45,081 bases of DNA, taken from the NCBI GenBank assembly GCA_046725875.1, contig JBKOZJ010000114.1:1-45081 (forward strand). The letters are read 5' to 3'. The notes beneath the pieces were generated by a model. That model was given only the letters and a program-made list of their open reading frames with translations. It had not been told where the DNA came from and ran no database searches. Positions 1 through 10,335 of this stretch are shown here, one piece after another. A program made the translations under genes and the position numbers. Origin of the DNA: Actinomycetota bacterium. Lineage in GTDB: Bacteria; Actinomycetota; Actinomycetes; JAKEEW01. Each line of letters opens with the position of its first letter. Position 1 is the first letter of the stretch.

Positions 1-171
1 TGCATGACCTGCGTCCTCCCGGTGGTCGGCGACGACGGCCGGACCCGGATGACCCGCTCCTGCACCGAAGGCCCGGTCTTCGACGGGACGAGGGTCCGGT
101 GGGACGCCGTCGGGACGGTCCCCGCGGACTGCGTTGGCGCCACACCGGCACCGGGAGGCTTTGATGGCTGA
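1..171 (+). CDS. pyrK: Dihydroorotate dehydrogenase electron transfer subunit, 3' end (truncated by window)
   Basis: Frame 1 reads CMTCVLPVVGDDGRTRMTRSCTEGPVFDG, the PyrK 2Fe-2S CxxC...C-GPVF tail; stop at 169-171 overlaps the pyrD start. Confidence 0.88.
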   Translation, partial: CMTCVLPVVGDDGRTRMTRSCTEGPVFDGTRVRWDAVGTVPADCVGATPAPGGFDG

Positions 172-1162
172 GCCGCCTCGAACTCACCCGGAGGTCAACT
201 TCCCGCCGACCACTCGTCGTGTCTACCCCGGCCTCGACATGACCACCTCACTTGGCGAGGTGGATCTGCCCAACCCAGTGATGACCGCGTCGGGATGTGC
301 GGCCGCCGGCCGCGAGCTCGACCAGTTCTTCCCGGTAGACCGGCTCGGTGCCGTCGTGACCAAGTCGATCATGCTTGGCCCACGGGCCGGGCGGCCGCCG
401 CCACGCATGGCCGAGTCACCGTCTGGCATGCTCAACTCGATCGGCCTCCAGGGCCAGGGGATCGACGCCTTCTGCACGTCCGACCTGCCGTGGCTGCGGG
501 AACGCGGCGCCCGAACCGTTGTGTCGATCGCGGGTGTGAGCATCGAGGAGTACGGCAAGCTCGCGGCGCGCATCGCCGAAGAGGACGGCATCGCCCTCGT
601 CGAGGTCAACATCTCCTGCCCGAATGTGGAGGACCGCGGCCAGGTCTTCGCCTGCGACCCGGTCGCGGCCGGTTCCGTTCTCGATGTCGTACGGAGGGAA
701 CTCCCAGCGCAGACGCCGGTCTTCGCGAAGCTGTCGCCCGACGTGACCGACATCGTGTCGGTGGGCCTGGCATGCGTCGAGGCCGGCGCGGACGGCCTGT
801 CGGCCATTAACACGCTGCTTGGCATGGTGATCGATACTGGCACCATGCGCCCGGCCCTGGCCGGCGTGACGGGCGGGCTGTCGGGCCCGGCGATCCGCCC
901 GGTCGCGGTGCGGTGCATCTGGCAGCTGCACACGGCACTCCCGGACGTTCCGATCATCGGAATCGGTGGTGTAAAGACCGGCCTGGACGCGCTGGAGCTG
1001 GTGCTCGCCGGCGCGTCCGCCGTGCAGGTCGGTACGGCCACCTTCCATGACCCGAGCGCTCCGGTGCGGGTGCTCGGCGAGCTCGCCGACGCCCTGGCCG
1101 CCCGCGATTTCACCCGCTTCACCGACGCCGTCGGCTATGCACATCGCCCCCATGCAGAATGA
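164..1162 (+). CDS. pyrD: Dihydroorotate dehydrogenase B, catalytic subunit
   Basis: NPVMTASG, NSIGL, NISCPN, KLSPDV, GGLSGPAIRP motifs; ATG 164 preceded by GGGAGG. Confidence 0.95.
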   Translation: MAEPPRTHPEVNFPPTTRRVYPGLDMTTSLGEVDLPNPVMTASGCAAAGRELDQFFPVDRLGAVVTKSIMLGPRAGRPPPRMAESPSGMLNSIGLQGQGIDAFCTSDLPWLRERGARTVVSIAGVSIEEYGKLAARIAEEDGIALVEVNISCPNVEDRGQVFACDPVAAGSVLDVVRRELPAQTPVFAKLSPDVTDIVSVGLACVEAGADGLSAINTLLGMVIDTGTMRPALAGVTGGLSGPAIRPVAVRCIWQLHTALPDVPIIGIGGVKTGLDALELVLAGASAVQVGTATFHDPSAPVRVLGELADALAARDFTRFTDAVGYAHRPHAE

Positions 1163-1239
1163 ATGGCACATTGGCTCGATAGGTTCGAGCGAACGTGCCG
1201 TTGATACACCCGGGGTTCGATCGAACGGCACATTCATGC
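1159..1239. repeat. Cluster of three alternating-orientation copies of a ~12-17 bp REP-like motif (GAAYGGCACATT)
   Basis: gaatggcacatt (1161-1172), inverted gaacgtgccgtt (1191-1202), gaacggcacattcatgc (1223-1239); a fourth copy at 28055-28071. Confidence 0.6.
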
Positions 1240-1254
1240 CAAAGACGATTGCCG

Positions 1255-2082
1255 ATGACTGAGCAGATGTCCTTCGGTGCGCGGCTGCGAGTTGCCATCG
1301 ACGAGCGGGGACCGCTGTGTGTCGGGATCGACCCGCACGCGTTCCTGCTGGCCGATTGGCAGCTTCCCGACGACCCAAAAGGCCTCGAACGGTTCGCCAT
1401 GACCGTCGTCGAGGCGTTCGCCGATCGGGTGGCCGTGCTGAAGCCGCAGTCGGCGTTCTTCGAGCGACACGGCGCCCGCGGGATTGCCGTACTCGAGCGA
1501 ACGATTGCGGCGGGCCGCCGTGCGGGCGCTCTCGTACTCCTCGACGCGAAACGCGGCGACATCGGCTCGACGGTCGAGGCATACGCCCAGGCATATCTCG
1601 ATGCAGCCAGCCCGCTTGCCGTGGATGCGATCACTGCGTCGCCATACCTCGGCTTCGGCTCGTTGCGGCCGCTTTACGATCGGGCGGCAGCCCAGGGGAA
1701 TGGCGTCTTCGTTCTGGCCTACACCTCGAATCCGGAGGGCGCATCGGTGCAGCGTGCGATCGGGCTGAACGGGTCGCCGGTTGGCACTTCGATCCTCGAC
1801 GCGATCGCAGCGGAGAACGAGGGGGCAACGCCGCTCGGGTCGATCGGGGCAGTGGTTGGCGCGACGATCGACTCGATCGACTACGACTTCACCAAGCTGA
1901 ACGGGCCGATACTTGCTCCCGGACTCGGCGCCCAGGGTGGTACGGCGGCCAGCATCCGGCGGCTGTTCGCCGGCGCGACGGCACCCGTAATCCCGACGGT
2001 CTCCCGCGAGCTCCTCCGCCACGGTCGCGACGTCGCGGCACTCCGCAGCGCCGCCGCACGGATTCAGGCTCAGCTGCGGTAG
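1255..2082 (+). CDS. pyrF: Orotidine-5'-phosphate decarboxylase
   Basis: LCVGIDP, KPQSAFFE, DAKRGDIGST, TSNPEG, LAPGLGAQG motifs; follows pyrD. Confidence 0.96.
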   Translation: MTEQMSFGARLRVAIDERGPLCVGIDPHAFLLADWQLPDDPKGLERFAMTVVEAFADRVAVLKPQSAFFERHGARGIAVLERTIAAGRRAGALVLLDAKRGDIGSTVEAYAQAYLDAASPLAVDAITASPYLGFGSLRPLYDRAAAQGNGVFVLAYTSNPEGASVQRAIGLNGSPVGTSILDAIAAENEGATPLGSIGAVVGATIDSIDYDFTKLNGPILAPGLGAQGGTAASIRRLFAGATAPVIPTVSRELLRHGRDVAALRSAAARIQAQLR

Positions 2083-2093
2083 GGGCCTTGGAC

Positions 2094-2390
2094 TCACCCG
2101 CGTCGGAGTAGGAACACGGCGACGTACGCGCCGAGGAAAGCCCCGATGGCGCCGGAGATCGCACCGAGAAACGGCAACAGGGCGAAGAGCACGAAGACTC
2201 CACCGCCGGCGACGGCAGCCGCGGCCAGCGCAACGTCGGAGCGCCTGCCCCGCCGTCGCTTCTGCGGCTGCGGCTCCCCGCCCGCTCCAGCGCGCGGGGT
2301 TTGTGTCCGCCCAGTCGGCTGTGTCCGCCCAGTCGCCGCCTCCACCTCCGCAAGTAGGCGGTCGTAATCCGAATCGTCGTTGCCGGCCAT
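2094..2390 (-). CDS. Small hypothetical membrane protein
   Basis: 98 aa; DYDRLLAEVE N-terminus and two hydrophobic C-terminal helices; starts 7 nt downstream of the SWIM gene stop. Confidence 0.7.
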   Translation of the reverse strand: MAGNDDSDYDRLLAEVEAATGRTQPTGRTQTPRAGAGGEPQPQKRRRGRRSDVALAAAAVAGGGVFVLFALLPFLGAISGAIGAFLGAYVAVFLLRRG

Positions 2391-2397
2391 GCCTCCA

Positions 2398-3234
2398 TCA
2401 TGCCGCGCCGTGAGCCATTTCCTGGTACGCAGGACGCAATAGATCGGCGAGCGGCTGCCCGCGGACCACCAAGGGTGGTGGCTCGACCTCCCTCAGCACC
2501 AGGTCGGGCGAGATCGAGCGGGCCCCGCCGACTGCGGCAAGGTCGCCCATGGTCCAAAAGCTGTCGAGCAGGTCCTCGATGGGCGGCTCGACCGGCGGCG
2601 GCGCACCCGCCGCCGACATCTCGGCGGTCTCGTCGGAGCCGGTCAGCTCGCGCAGATTGGCCAGCAGCTCCTCCTTGCCGCGACCCCGCCACGCCAAAAC
2701 GAGGAATGGGTCGGCGTCGAACGCCTCGGCGAGCAAATAGAACACGGCGGCCAGGTGCTTGCACGGGACCGCCCAGTCCGGGCAGGAGCATTCCATCGAC
2801 ATCTCGTCCGGCCGGGTTGGGAAGAGCGGCCGGCTACAGGAGGCGAACACCTCCTCGATCTCCGGCGGCATATCGCCTGCCAGTAGCTTGGCCCGGAACA
2901 AGGCTTGCGACGCCAGGGAGGCCTCGATCGCCGCCCAATCGTCCGGGCCGAACGTGTCGAGCTCGACCCAGACGTCGTACGGCTCCTTGCGCGACCCCTG
3001 CACAGCCGCTGTTACCTGACCGGGCCCGATCTCCAGCGACAGCACTTGTCCCGCCCGGGCATAGGTGCGGCCGCGGGTGATCCTGGTGCCGATCCTGAGC
3101 GACTCGAGGACCTCCACGAAGCGCCGCGACCACCAGGTCTGCGCGATCTCACCGCGGGCTGATCGCGCCTTGAGCCCGCCCTCGACCCGTCGTGGCCCCG
3201 ATGGCGGCCACTCGTCCCAGCGATCCCACGACAT
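2398..3234 (-). CDS. SWIM zinc-finger protein (SNF2 partner)
   Basis: CSCPDWAVPCKH (CxC...CxH) SWIM motif; RGRTYARAGQV and VQGS motifs; directly downstream of SNF2 gene. Confidence 0.92.
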   Translation of the reverse strand: MSWDRWDEWPPSGPRRVEGGLKARSARGEIAQTWWSRRFVEVLESLRIGTRITRGRTYARAGQVLSLEIGPGQVTAAVQGSRKEPYDVWVELDTFGPDDWAAIEASLASQALFRAKLLAGDMPPEIEEVFASCSRPLFPTRPDEMSMECSCPDWAVPCKHLAAVFYLLAEAFDADPFLVLAWRGRGKEELLANLRELTGSDETAEMSAAGAPPPVEPPIEDLLDSFWTMGDLAAVGGARSISPDLVLREVEPPPLVVRGQPLADLLRPAYQEMAHGAA

Positions 3235-3247
3235 GACTGTGCGACCC

Positions 3248-6200
3248 CTACTCCGCTACCGCGGTCTCGGCATCCAAGATGACCAGCTCGCGCAGCTCGT
3301 CGGTCGAGAGCTCGGTCAACCACGACTCGCCCACGCCGACGACGAGCTCGGCCAGCGCCTTCTTCTCCTCGATTAGCGCGTCGATGCGCTCCTCGAGCGT
3401 GCCCACGCAGACGAACTTGCGTATCTGCACGTCCTTGCGCTGCCCGATCCGAAAGGCGCGGTCGGTCGCCTGGCTTTCCACCGCCGGGTTCCACCATCGG
3501 TCGTAGTGGATGACGTGGTTGGCCGCCGTGAGGTTGAGCCCGGTCCCACCGGCCTTCAGGGAGAGGACGAACACCGCGGGCCCGTCCAGGGACTGGAACC
3601 GTGCCACCATCTCGTCCCGCTCTCGCTTCGTCGTCCCACCATGGAGATACAGAATGGGCACGCCCGCGAGGTGTCCGGTCAAATACGGCGTGAGCAAGGC
3701 CCCGAACTCGGCGAACTGCGTGAACACCAGCGCCTTGTCACCGTCGGCGACAACCTCCTCGGCGAGTTCCTCCAGCCGGGCGAGCTTGCCGGACCGGCCC
3801 GGCAGCCGCGAACCGTCCCGCAGGAGGTGTGCGGGGTGGTTGCACACCTGCTTGAGTTTCATCATCGTGGCGAGCACCAGGCCACGCCGCTCCATGCCCT
3901 CGGAGTGCTCGATCTTGCCGAGCATGTCGTCGACGATCGCCTGGTACAACGATGCCTGCTCCGGCGTCAGGTTGCATAGAACGGTCATCTCCAGCTTGTC
4001 CGGCAGGTCGTCGATGATCGACCGGTCCGTCTTCAGCCGGCGCAGGATGAATGGCCGGGTCGCCCGTTGCAGCCGGGACGCGGCGTCGGCATCGCGATAG
4101 CGCTCGATCGGCACCGCAAACCGCTCCCGGAACCGCGCCGCCGACCCGAGGAGTCCCGGGTTGAGGAACTCCATGATCGACCAGAGCTCGGCCAGCCGGT
4201 TCTCCACCGGCGTGCCGGTGAGCGCAACGCGGTGCGCCGCGGGCATAGTCCGTACCGCTTGAGTCTGCCGCGCCTGACTGTTCTTGATGTTCTGCGCCTC
4301 GTCTAGCACGACCCGGCGCCACGCAACGCTGGCGAGCTGGTCGGCATCGCGCGCGGCGAGAGAGTACGTCGTGAGGACGAGATCGGCATTCGTCACCGCG
4401 ACCCGGAACTCGTCACCGGATAGCCGCTGTGACCCGTGGTGGACGTACACCCGAAGCTTTGGCGCGAACCTCGCCGCCTCCCGCTGCCAGTTCCCGACCA
4501 CCGACATCGGGCACACGACGAGCGCCGGGCTTTGCTGCGATTCCGAGGTGTCGCCCCGCCGGGCTCTTGCCGTTCCCGTCTCACTCGCAAGCAGCGCCAG
4601 GGTGGTGGGCGTCTTACCAAGTCCCATATCGTCGGCGAGGCACGCGCCGAGGCCGAGCCGGGACAGGAAGCGCAGCCAGGACAGGCCACGGAGTTGATAG
4701 GGGCGGAGCGTGCCGGCGAACCCGTCTGGCGGTTGGACCTCTTCCACCGCGGGAAGATCACCGGATAGCAGCGCACCCAGCCAGCCGTCGGCGCGTACCT
4801 CAGTGACCGGCAAGCCGTCGGCCGCCATCTCCGGATCAACGGCCAGCGCGAGCACGTCGGCCGCCGTTGCCTCGCCCGAACCGCGCGCGGCGAGGAAGTC
4901 CAGTGCCCGGGCGAGTGAAGCCCGGTCCACCTCGACCCACTGTCCGCGCAGTCGGACCAACGGCGCCTTCGTCCGGGCTAGCTCGGCCAGCTCCGCGGCG
5001 CTCAGCGTGTCCTCGCCGAGGGCAAGCTCGAACTGGAACTCGGCGAGACTCTTCATGTCGAGTCCGCTGCCGCGGCTCGCGGCGGGGTCCTGCCGGCTGC
5101 TCGATCGCGCCGTGAGCTTCAGCCCGAGTCGGCGGCGGCGGTCGGACCACCACGACGGCAGGAGGACGCCGAATCCCGCCTCGATCAGGACGGGCGCCGC
5201 GGTGCGCAGGAATCGCTGTGCGCCGTCGATGTCGAGGGATACCGCCTCCGGGTAACGAGCACGCAGCTCGGTCTCGATATCGGGAAACAGCCTGCTGGCT
5301 CGGCCGAGGTCGCTCAGAAGCGCCTCCTCCGCGTTCGCGATGACGCCGTAGGACGTCGAGAGCGTCCGCGCGCGATTCGCCCACACGCTTCGCGCCGAGA
5401 TGAGGAGGCTCGGATCATCGGTGGCCTGGAGCAGGAAATCCACTTGCCAGATGTCCGGGTCCGCGTCGCTCGGCTCGACGAGCCGGAAGCAAGCCCGTAC
5501 CGGTCCCGCTCCGGTGTGCAGCTCGGCCCGCCAATGGTCCAGGGTCTTCGCAAGCGCGACGAGGTCATCTTGCGGTGACACGTCAACCTGGGGGGTCGAC
5601 GAGGTGAGCGCCGCTAGCCAACGCTCGGCCAACGTCGCCGTGCGGCGCCGCAGTGGCGGCGCGAGGTGGACGCCGCGCAGCCGGCGTCGTACCACCACGT
5701 CGACGAACCACTCGAGGGCGCCGATCAGCGCGTCATGCCCGGATGCACCCGGCTCGGCTCGGCACACGGGCGGCATCGCCTCGGCGAGCGACCGGAGGCC
5801 CGCCGCATCCGGACCGGTTAGTACGGGGAGCCAGACGGCTGACTCGCCGCGCAGCCCTGGCACCACCCGACCGCGGTCGGCGAGGTCGCCCGCGAGCGCC
5901 TGAACGGCCGCGTACCAGCGCACCGACGCGCCGGTGACGACGTCGGCCGCATCGCTGAGGTAGGCCAGGTCGACCTCGGGCGGCAGCGCGACCGCCGGCA
6001 CCCGCCACTCGGCGAGCGCCGGCTTGCGTTTCGCCGCTGGACGCTCGCGTACCAGCTCAGGCGAGGGCAGCGGGCTGCCGCCCTTGGTTGGAAGCCGGAG
6101 CGTGATAGTCGTGGTCGGGGGGTTGGCGAGATCGACGAGAGCGGCCACAACGTCGGCGCCCGCGGCGAATGGATGTTCGGTCGGGGTTTGCCGCGAGCCC

Positions 6201-6286
6201 TTGGCCGACGACCGCCGAGGGGGTGCGGTGGAGTCCTCGACCCATACGTACGTCCCGGCCGACCAGTGGGCATGGAGGACGTACAT
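3248..6286 (-). CDS. SNF2-family (SWI2/SNF2) ATPase/helicase
   Basis: LADDMGLGKT Walker A, DEAQ Walker B, LTGTP motif III, GGTGLNL, QATDRAFRIGQ motif VI. Confidence 0.96.
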   Translation of the reverse strand: MYVLHAHWSAGTYVWVEDSTAPPRRSSAKGSRQTPTEHPFAAGADVVAALVDLANPPTTTITLRLPTKGGSPLPSPELVRERPAAKRKPALAEWRVPAVALPPEVDLAYLSDAADVVTGASVRWYAAVQALAGDLADRGRVVPGLRGESAVWLPVLTGPDAAGLRSLAEAMPPVCRAEPGASGHDALIGALEWFVDVVVRRRLRGVHLAPPLRRRTATLAERWLAALTSSTPQVDVSPQDDLVALAKTLDHWRAELHTGAGPVRACFRLVEPSDADPDIWQVDFLLQATDDPSLLISARSVWANRARTLSTSYGVIANAEEALLSDLGRASRLFPDIETELRARYPEAVSLDIDGAQRFLRTAAPVLIEAGFGVLLPSWWSDRRRRLGLKLTARSSSRQDPAASRGSGLDMKSLAEFQFELALGEDTLSAAELAELARTKAPLVRLRGQWVEVDRASLARALDFLAARGSGEATAADVLALAVDPEMAADGLPVTEVRADGWLGALLSGDLPAVEEVQPPDGFAGTLRPYQLRGLSWLRFLSRLGLGACLADDMGLGKTPTTLALLASETGTARARRGDTSESQQSPALVVCPMSVVGNWQREAARFAPKLRVYVHHGSQRLSGDEFRVAVTNADLVLTTYSLAARDADQLASVAWRRVVLDEAQNIKNSQARQTQAVRTMPAAHRVALTGTPVENRLAELWSIMEFLNPGLLGSAARFRERFAVPIERYRDADAASRLQRATRPFILRRLKTDRSIIDDLPDKLEMTVLCNLTPEQASLYQAIVDDMLGKIEHSEGMERRGLVLATMMKLKQVCNHPAHLLRDGSRLPGRSGKLARLEELAEEVVADGDKALVFTQFAEFGALLTPYLTGHLAGVPILYLHGGTTKRERDEMVARFQSLDGPAVFVLSLKAGGTGLNLTAANHVIHYDRWWNPAVESQATDRAFRIGQRKDVQIRKFVCVGTLEERIDALIEEKKALAELVVGVGESWLTELSTDELRELVILDAETAVAE

Positions 6287-6485
6287 CGGTCCCGCAGCCT
6301 AGCTCGCGGCGCCACCAATTAGTGGACTGTGCGGATCTTGTGCTCTGGCACACAGAATCTTGCATCGTTACTCCGTTCGGGCGCACTCCCTCCCGCCACC
6401 ATGCGCCTCGTGGACCGCGGTCTGCGCGTAGCGCTTGCCCTAGCATTGGTCTGCAAGGGTGGGCCGGGCTGCGATAGTGGATGGC

Positions 6486-7424
6486 GTGCGGATCGCCAGC
6501 TTGGTGCCGTCGGCGACTGAAATGCTGTTTGCGCTCGGCCTGGGGGACCGGGTCGTGGCTGTCACGCACGAGTGCGACTTTCCCGCAGAGGCGACCGCGC
6601 TCCCCCGACTCACGCGCAGTGTGCTGTCCGACGAGTTGTCGACGTCAGAGATCGATGTCGCGGTCCGGGAGATCACGGGACGAGGCGACGCCCTCTATGA
6701 GTTGAACGAGCCGATGCTGCGCGAGCTCGACATCGACCTGATCGTCACCCAGGCGGTCTGCGCGGTCTGTGCCGTCTCGTACGACGACGTGCGGGCGGTC
6801 GCGGCGAGGCTCCCGACAACCCCGCAGGTGCTGTCGCTCGATCCGGGGACCCTCGATGACGTGTTCGCCGACGTCGAGCGGCTTGCGACGGCCGGTTCCG
6901 CACCGGACGCGGGCGAGTCACTCCGGCGCGGCCTCGAGAAGCGGTTGGGCAAGATCACCGACGCCGTTGCCGGGGCGGACCGACCGCGCGCCCTTGCCCT
7001 CGAGTGGCTGGATCCGCCTTTCGTCGGCGGCCATTGGGTGCCGCAGATGATCGCCTTTGCCGGTGGCGAAGACGCGTTCGGGGTTCCGGCCGGCGCACCC
7101 TCCCGCACCGTGACATGGGACGAGCTCGCCTTGACCGAGCCCGACGTTATCGTCGTGATGCCGTGCGGTTACGGCGCGGAACGAGCGGCAACGGAGGTGA
7201 GAACGTACGCCCCGGACATCGCCGCGCTCGGCGCGTCCTCGGTATATGCCGTCGACGCGGCCGCTTCGTTCTCCCGCCCCGGTCCGCGCCTGGTCGAAGG
7301 TGTCGAGCTGCTCGCCCATTTGTTCCATCGTGACCTTGCGTCGCCGCCCGCTGCGGTCGCATACGCCGATGTCAGCGGCATAGTGGCGAGCCGCCGCCCG
7401 GACCGAGCCCGGCCGCCGATGTGA
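6486..7424 (+). CDS. BtuF-like cobalamin/iron-siderophore ABC substrate-binding family protein
   Basis: RIASLVPSATEMLFALG, VTHECDFP, LEWLDPPF..GHWVP, FSRPGPRL motifs; GTG start at 6486. Confidence 0.85.
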   Translation: MRIASLVPSATEMLFALGLGDRVVAVTHECDFPAEATALPRLTRSVLSDELSTSEIDVAVREITGRGDALYELNEPMLRELDIDLIVTQAVCAVCAVSYDDVRAVAARLPTTPQVLSLDPGTLDDVFADVERLATAGSAPDAGESLRRGLEKRLGKITDAVAGADRPRALALEWLDPPFVGGHWVPQMIAFAGGEDAFGVPAGAPSRTVTWDELALTEPDVIVVMPCGYGAERAATEVRTYAPDIAALGASSVYAVDAAASFSRPGPRLVEGVELLAHLFHRDLASPPAAVAYADVSGIVASRRPDRARPPM

Positions 7425-7746
7425 GATCCGGAACGACCCGGATGAGGCACTCCCATGGAGTCGGCGCAGCGCCAAGTTTTCGGCAATGTGCGTGGCCGAG
7501 TTGACAACCATACGACCTGCGCGGAAGGGTCGGATGCGTCCGATCAGGCGATGTGACCTGGGACGATTCCCGGCTCGCGTCGTCGGCGCGTCCCGCAGAC
7601 AAGGGAGGTTTCCCGTGTCGCGTTATGGATTCGGCTAACGCGCCTCGACCCGGTGGGTCCGCGGGGGAGCGCCAACCCTTCGGGTCGCTAGGTTTGCAGC
7701 GACGCGATTTGTCCTATGCCCGAACTAGTTTGCCGAGGTGACACGA

Positions 7747-8064
7747 GTGGCTCTGCCGCCCCTCACTCCCGAACAGCGCGCTGCGGCACTCGAGAAGGCC
7801 GCCCAGGCCCGCCGGGAGCGCGCGGAGGTGAAGAACCGTCTAAAGCACGCGGGTGCGTCGCTTTCCGAGATCATCAAGGAGGGTCAGGACAACGACGTCA
7901 TCGGCAAGATGAAGGTGTCCGCGCTCCTGGAGTCGCTGCCAGGTGTGGGCAAGGTACGGGCCCGCCAGATCATGGAGCGGCTCGGCATCTCCGAGACGCG
8001 CCGGGTGCGTGGCCTGGGCAGCAACCAGGTTGCCGCCCTCGAGCGTGAATTCGGTGGCCGCTGA
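7747..8064 (+). CDS. mihF: Actinobacterial integration host factor (mIHF/sIHF)
   Basis: ALPPLTPEQRAAALEKAAQARRERAEVK...KVSALLESLPGVGKVRA...RRVRGLG; upstream of gmk. Confidence 0.97.
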   Translation: MALPPLTPEQRAAALEKAAQARRERAEVKNRLKHAGASLSEIIKEGQDNDVIGKMKVSALLESLPGVGKVRARQIMERLGISETRRVRGLGSNQVAALEREFGGR

Positions 8065-8149
8065 CGCGCCAGCTGGGTCCGCGAGATCTTCGTCACGCGT
8101 GAAGGTTTCCGGGTCGGCGGGACGAGCCGCGGCCGCTCCGGGCGGTTAG

Positions 8150-8725
8150 GTGAGCCCGCCAGGGCTGACGGTTCTGTCCGGGCCGTCGGGCGTAGGAAAG
8201 AGCACGGTGGTCGCTCACCTGCGCGCTCACCATCCGGAAGTCTGGCTGTCGGTTTCGGCGACTACCCGTAAGCCTCGACCGGGCGAGACCCACGGCGTCG
8301 AGTATTACTTCATCACCGATGACGAATTCGACCGCCTGATCGCGAACGGCGAGTTCCTCGAATGGGCGGAATTCGCCGGCAATAGATATGGCACGCTGCG
8401 GCAGCCGGTCATGGACCGGCTTGCCCGCAGCGAGACCGTTCTTCTGGAAATCGATCTCCAAGGCGCCCGCCAGGTGCGAGCCGCGATGCCCGATGCGCTC
8501 CTGGTATTCCTCGCTCCTCCATCCTGGGACGAGCTGGTTCGCCGGCTGGGCGGCCGGGCTACCGAGTCGGCCGATTGGATCGAGCGGCGGCTGGCGACCG
8601 CGCGCGCCGAGCTGGCGGCCGAGCCTGAGTTCGACGCGATCTTGATCAACACATCCGTGCGAGACGTCGCCCATGAGCTGCTAGGCTGGATGGGTATCAC
8701 TGCGCAGCGAGATGATCTTCCCTGA
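8150..8725 (+). CDS. gmk: Guanylate kinase
   Basis: [10 protein letters not shown]-loop, [24 protein letters not shown]. Confidence 0.97.
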   Translation: MSPPGLTVLSGPSGVGKSTVVAHLRAHHPEVWLSVSATTRKPRPGETHGVEYYFITDDEFDRLIANGEFLEWAEFAGNRYGTLRQPVMDRLARSETVLLEIDLQGARQVRAAMPDALLVFLAPPSWDELVRRLGGRATESADWIERRLATARAELAAEPEFDAILINTSVRDVAHELLGWMGITAQRDDLP

Positions 8726-8778
8726 CGCGGTGGCCAAGACGATCAGCAATGTCCACCAACCATCGGAGGCACTCCCGC

Positions 8779-9042
8779 GTGTCCGGAACCATGCCCGTCG
8801 CGGAGGGGATCACCAACCCACCGATCGATGACCTGCTCGAGGCGACCGACTCGAAGTACAGCCTGGTGATCTACGCCGCCAAGCGCGCCCGGCAGATCAA
8901 CGCCTATTACAGCCAGCTTGGCGAGGGCCTGCTCGAGTATGTTGGGCCGCTCGTCGAGACGCACGTCCACGAGAAGCCCCTGTCGATCGCGTTGCGGGAG
9001 ATCGAGGGCGGTCTGCTTACCGCCGAGCCGGTCGAGCCGTAA
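8779..9042 (+). CDS. rpoZ: RNA polymerase omega subunit
   Basis: [11 protein letters not shown]...[20 protein letters not shown]...[14 protein letters not shown] 8779 with GGAGG upstream. Confidence 0.97.
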   Translation: MSGTMPVAEGITNPPIDDLLEATDSKYSLVIYAAKRARQINAYYSQLGEGLLEYVGPLVETHVHEKPLSIALREIEGGLLTAEPVEP

Positions 9043-9072
9043 GCACCGCGGTGGCGGCGGATACTTGGCCAC

Positions 9073-10335
9073 ATGGCCGAGCAGCGCACCGTCGTTGACG
9101 GAGCGGCGCCGTCCGCACCCAGCATCGTCCTTGGGGTCGGCGGCGGGATCGCCGCCTACAAGGCATGCGAGCTGCTTCGGCTGTTTACCGAGAGCGGATA
9201 CGCGGTCCGGGTCATTCCGACCCGGGCCGCGCTGCGTTTCGTCGGCGAGCCCACCTGGGGCGCCCTGTCCGGGCAGCCGGTGAGCGCCGACGTGTGGGAC
9301 GAAGCTCACGCTGTGCCGCATGTGCGCATCGGCCAGCGGGCCGATCTGGTCGTCGTGGCGCCGGCAACGGCGGACCTGTTGGCCAGGGCTGCGCACGGTA
9401 TAGCCGACGACCTGCTCACGAACACATTGCTGACCGTGCGCTGTCCGATCGTTTATGCACCGGCGATGCACTCCGAGATGTGGGAGCATCCGGCGACCCA
9501 GGCGAACGTGGCGATGTTGCGCGAGCGTGGCGCGATCGTCATCGAGCCGGCCGTGGGGCGGCTGACCGGGCCGGACGCCGGTCCGGGCCGGCTGCCCGAG
9601 CCGGGAGAGATCTTCGCGTTGTCGACCCGGGTGCTTGCCCGCGGTGTCGAGGGACTGAGCCTCGACTTGGCGGGTCGCCGCGTCCTGGTAACCGCCGGAG
9701 GAACCAGGGAGCCGGTCGATCCGGTCCGGTTCCTCGGAAACCGGGCGTCGGGCCGTCAGGGATACGCGCTGGCGCGCACGGCCGCCGCCCGGGGTGCCGA
9801 GGTAGTGCTGGTGGCGGCGAATACGGAACTGCCCGATCCGGCGGGTGTGAAGGTCATCAGGGTAGGAACCGCCCAGGAGCTGCACGATGTCGTGATGGCC
9901 GAGGTCGCCGCTGCGGACGCGGTTGTGATGGCCGCCGCGGTGGCCGACTTCCGCCCCGCCGAGTACGCCGAATACAAGATCAAGAAGGTCGATGAGGTGA
10001 CCGCGCCGACGCTTCACCTCGTACAAAATCCGCACGTCCTGCGCAGCCTCGCGCGGGCCCGGCCACGGCTCGGACAAGTGATCGTCGGGTTCGCAGCCGA
10101 GACCGGAGACGCAACTCGGACAGCCGTCGAGACGGGCCGGGCGAAACTCGAGGCTTACGGTGTCGACGTCCTCGTCGTCAACGAGGTCGGCAAGGACCGG
10201 GCGTTTGGGAGTACGGACAACGAAGCGGTGATCTTCACCGCAGAGGGACCGATGTATCGTGTCCGGCGCGGACCCAAGGAGGATCTGGCCGACCAGATCT
10301 GGGATCTGGTGCTCGAGCGGCTCCCGGGTATGTGA
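9073..10335 (+). CDS. coaBC: Phosphopantothenoylcysteine decarboxylase / phosphopantothenate-cysteine ligase
   Basis: [48 protein letters not shown]. Confidence 0.97.
   Translation: MAEQRTVVDGAAPSAPSIVLGVGGGIAAYKACELLRLFTESGYAVRVIPTRAALRFVGEPTWGALSGQPVSADVWDEAHAVPHVRIGQRADLVVVAPATADLLARAAHGIADDLLTNTLLTVRCPIVYAPAMHSEMWEHPATQANVAMLRERGAIVIEPAVGRLTGPDAGPGRLPEPGEIFALSTRVLARGVEGLSLDLAGRRVLVTAGGTREPVDPVRFLGNRASGRQGYALARTAAARGAEVVLVAANTELPDPAGVKVIRVGTAQELHDVVMAEVAAADAVVMAAAVADFRPAEYAEYKIKKVDEVTAPTLHLVQNPHVLRSLARARPRLGQVIVGFAAETGDATRTAVETGRAKLEAYGVDVLVVNEVGKDRAFGSTDNEAVIFTAEGPMYRVRRGPKEDLADQIWDLVLERLPGM

Noticed and set aside
1159..1239. CRISPR array or LexA box in the pyrD-pyrF spacer
   Set aside because: Repeats are short and alternate in orientation, no cas genes; GAAC/GTTC spacing is not N4
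6290..6485. Cobalamin riboswitch upstream of the BtuF-like gene
   Set aside because: No GGGAA...GCCACTG core or B12 box visible
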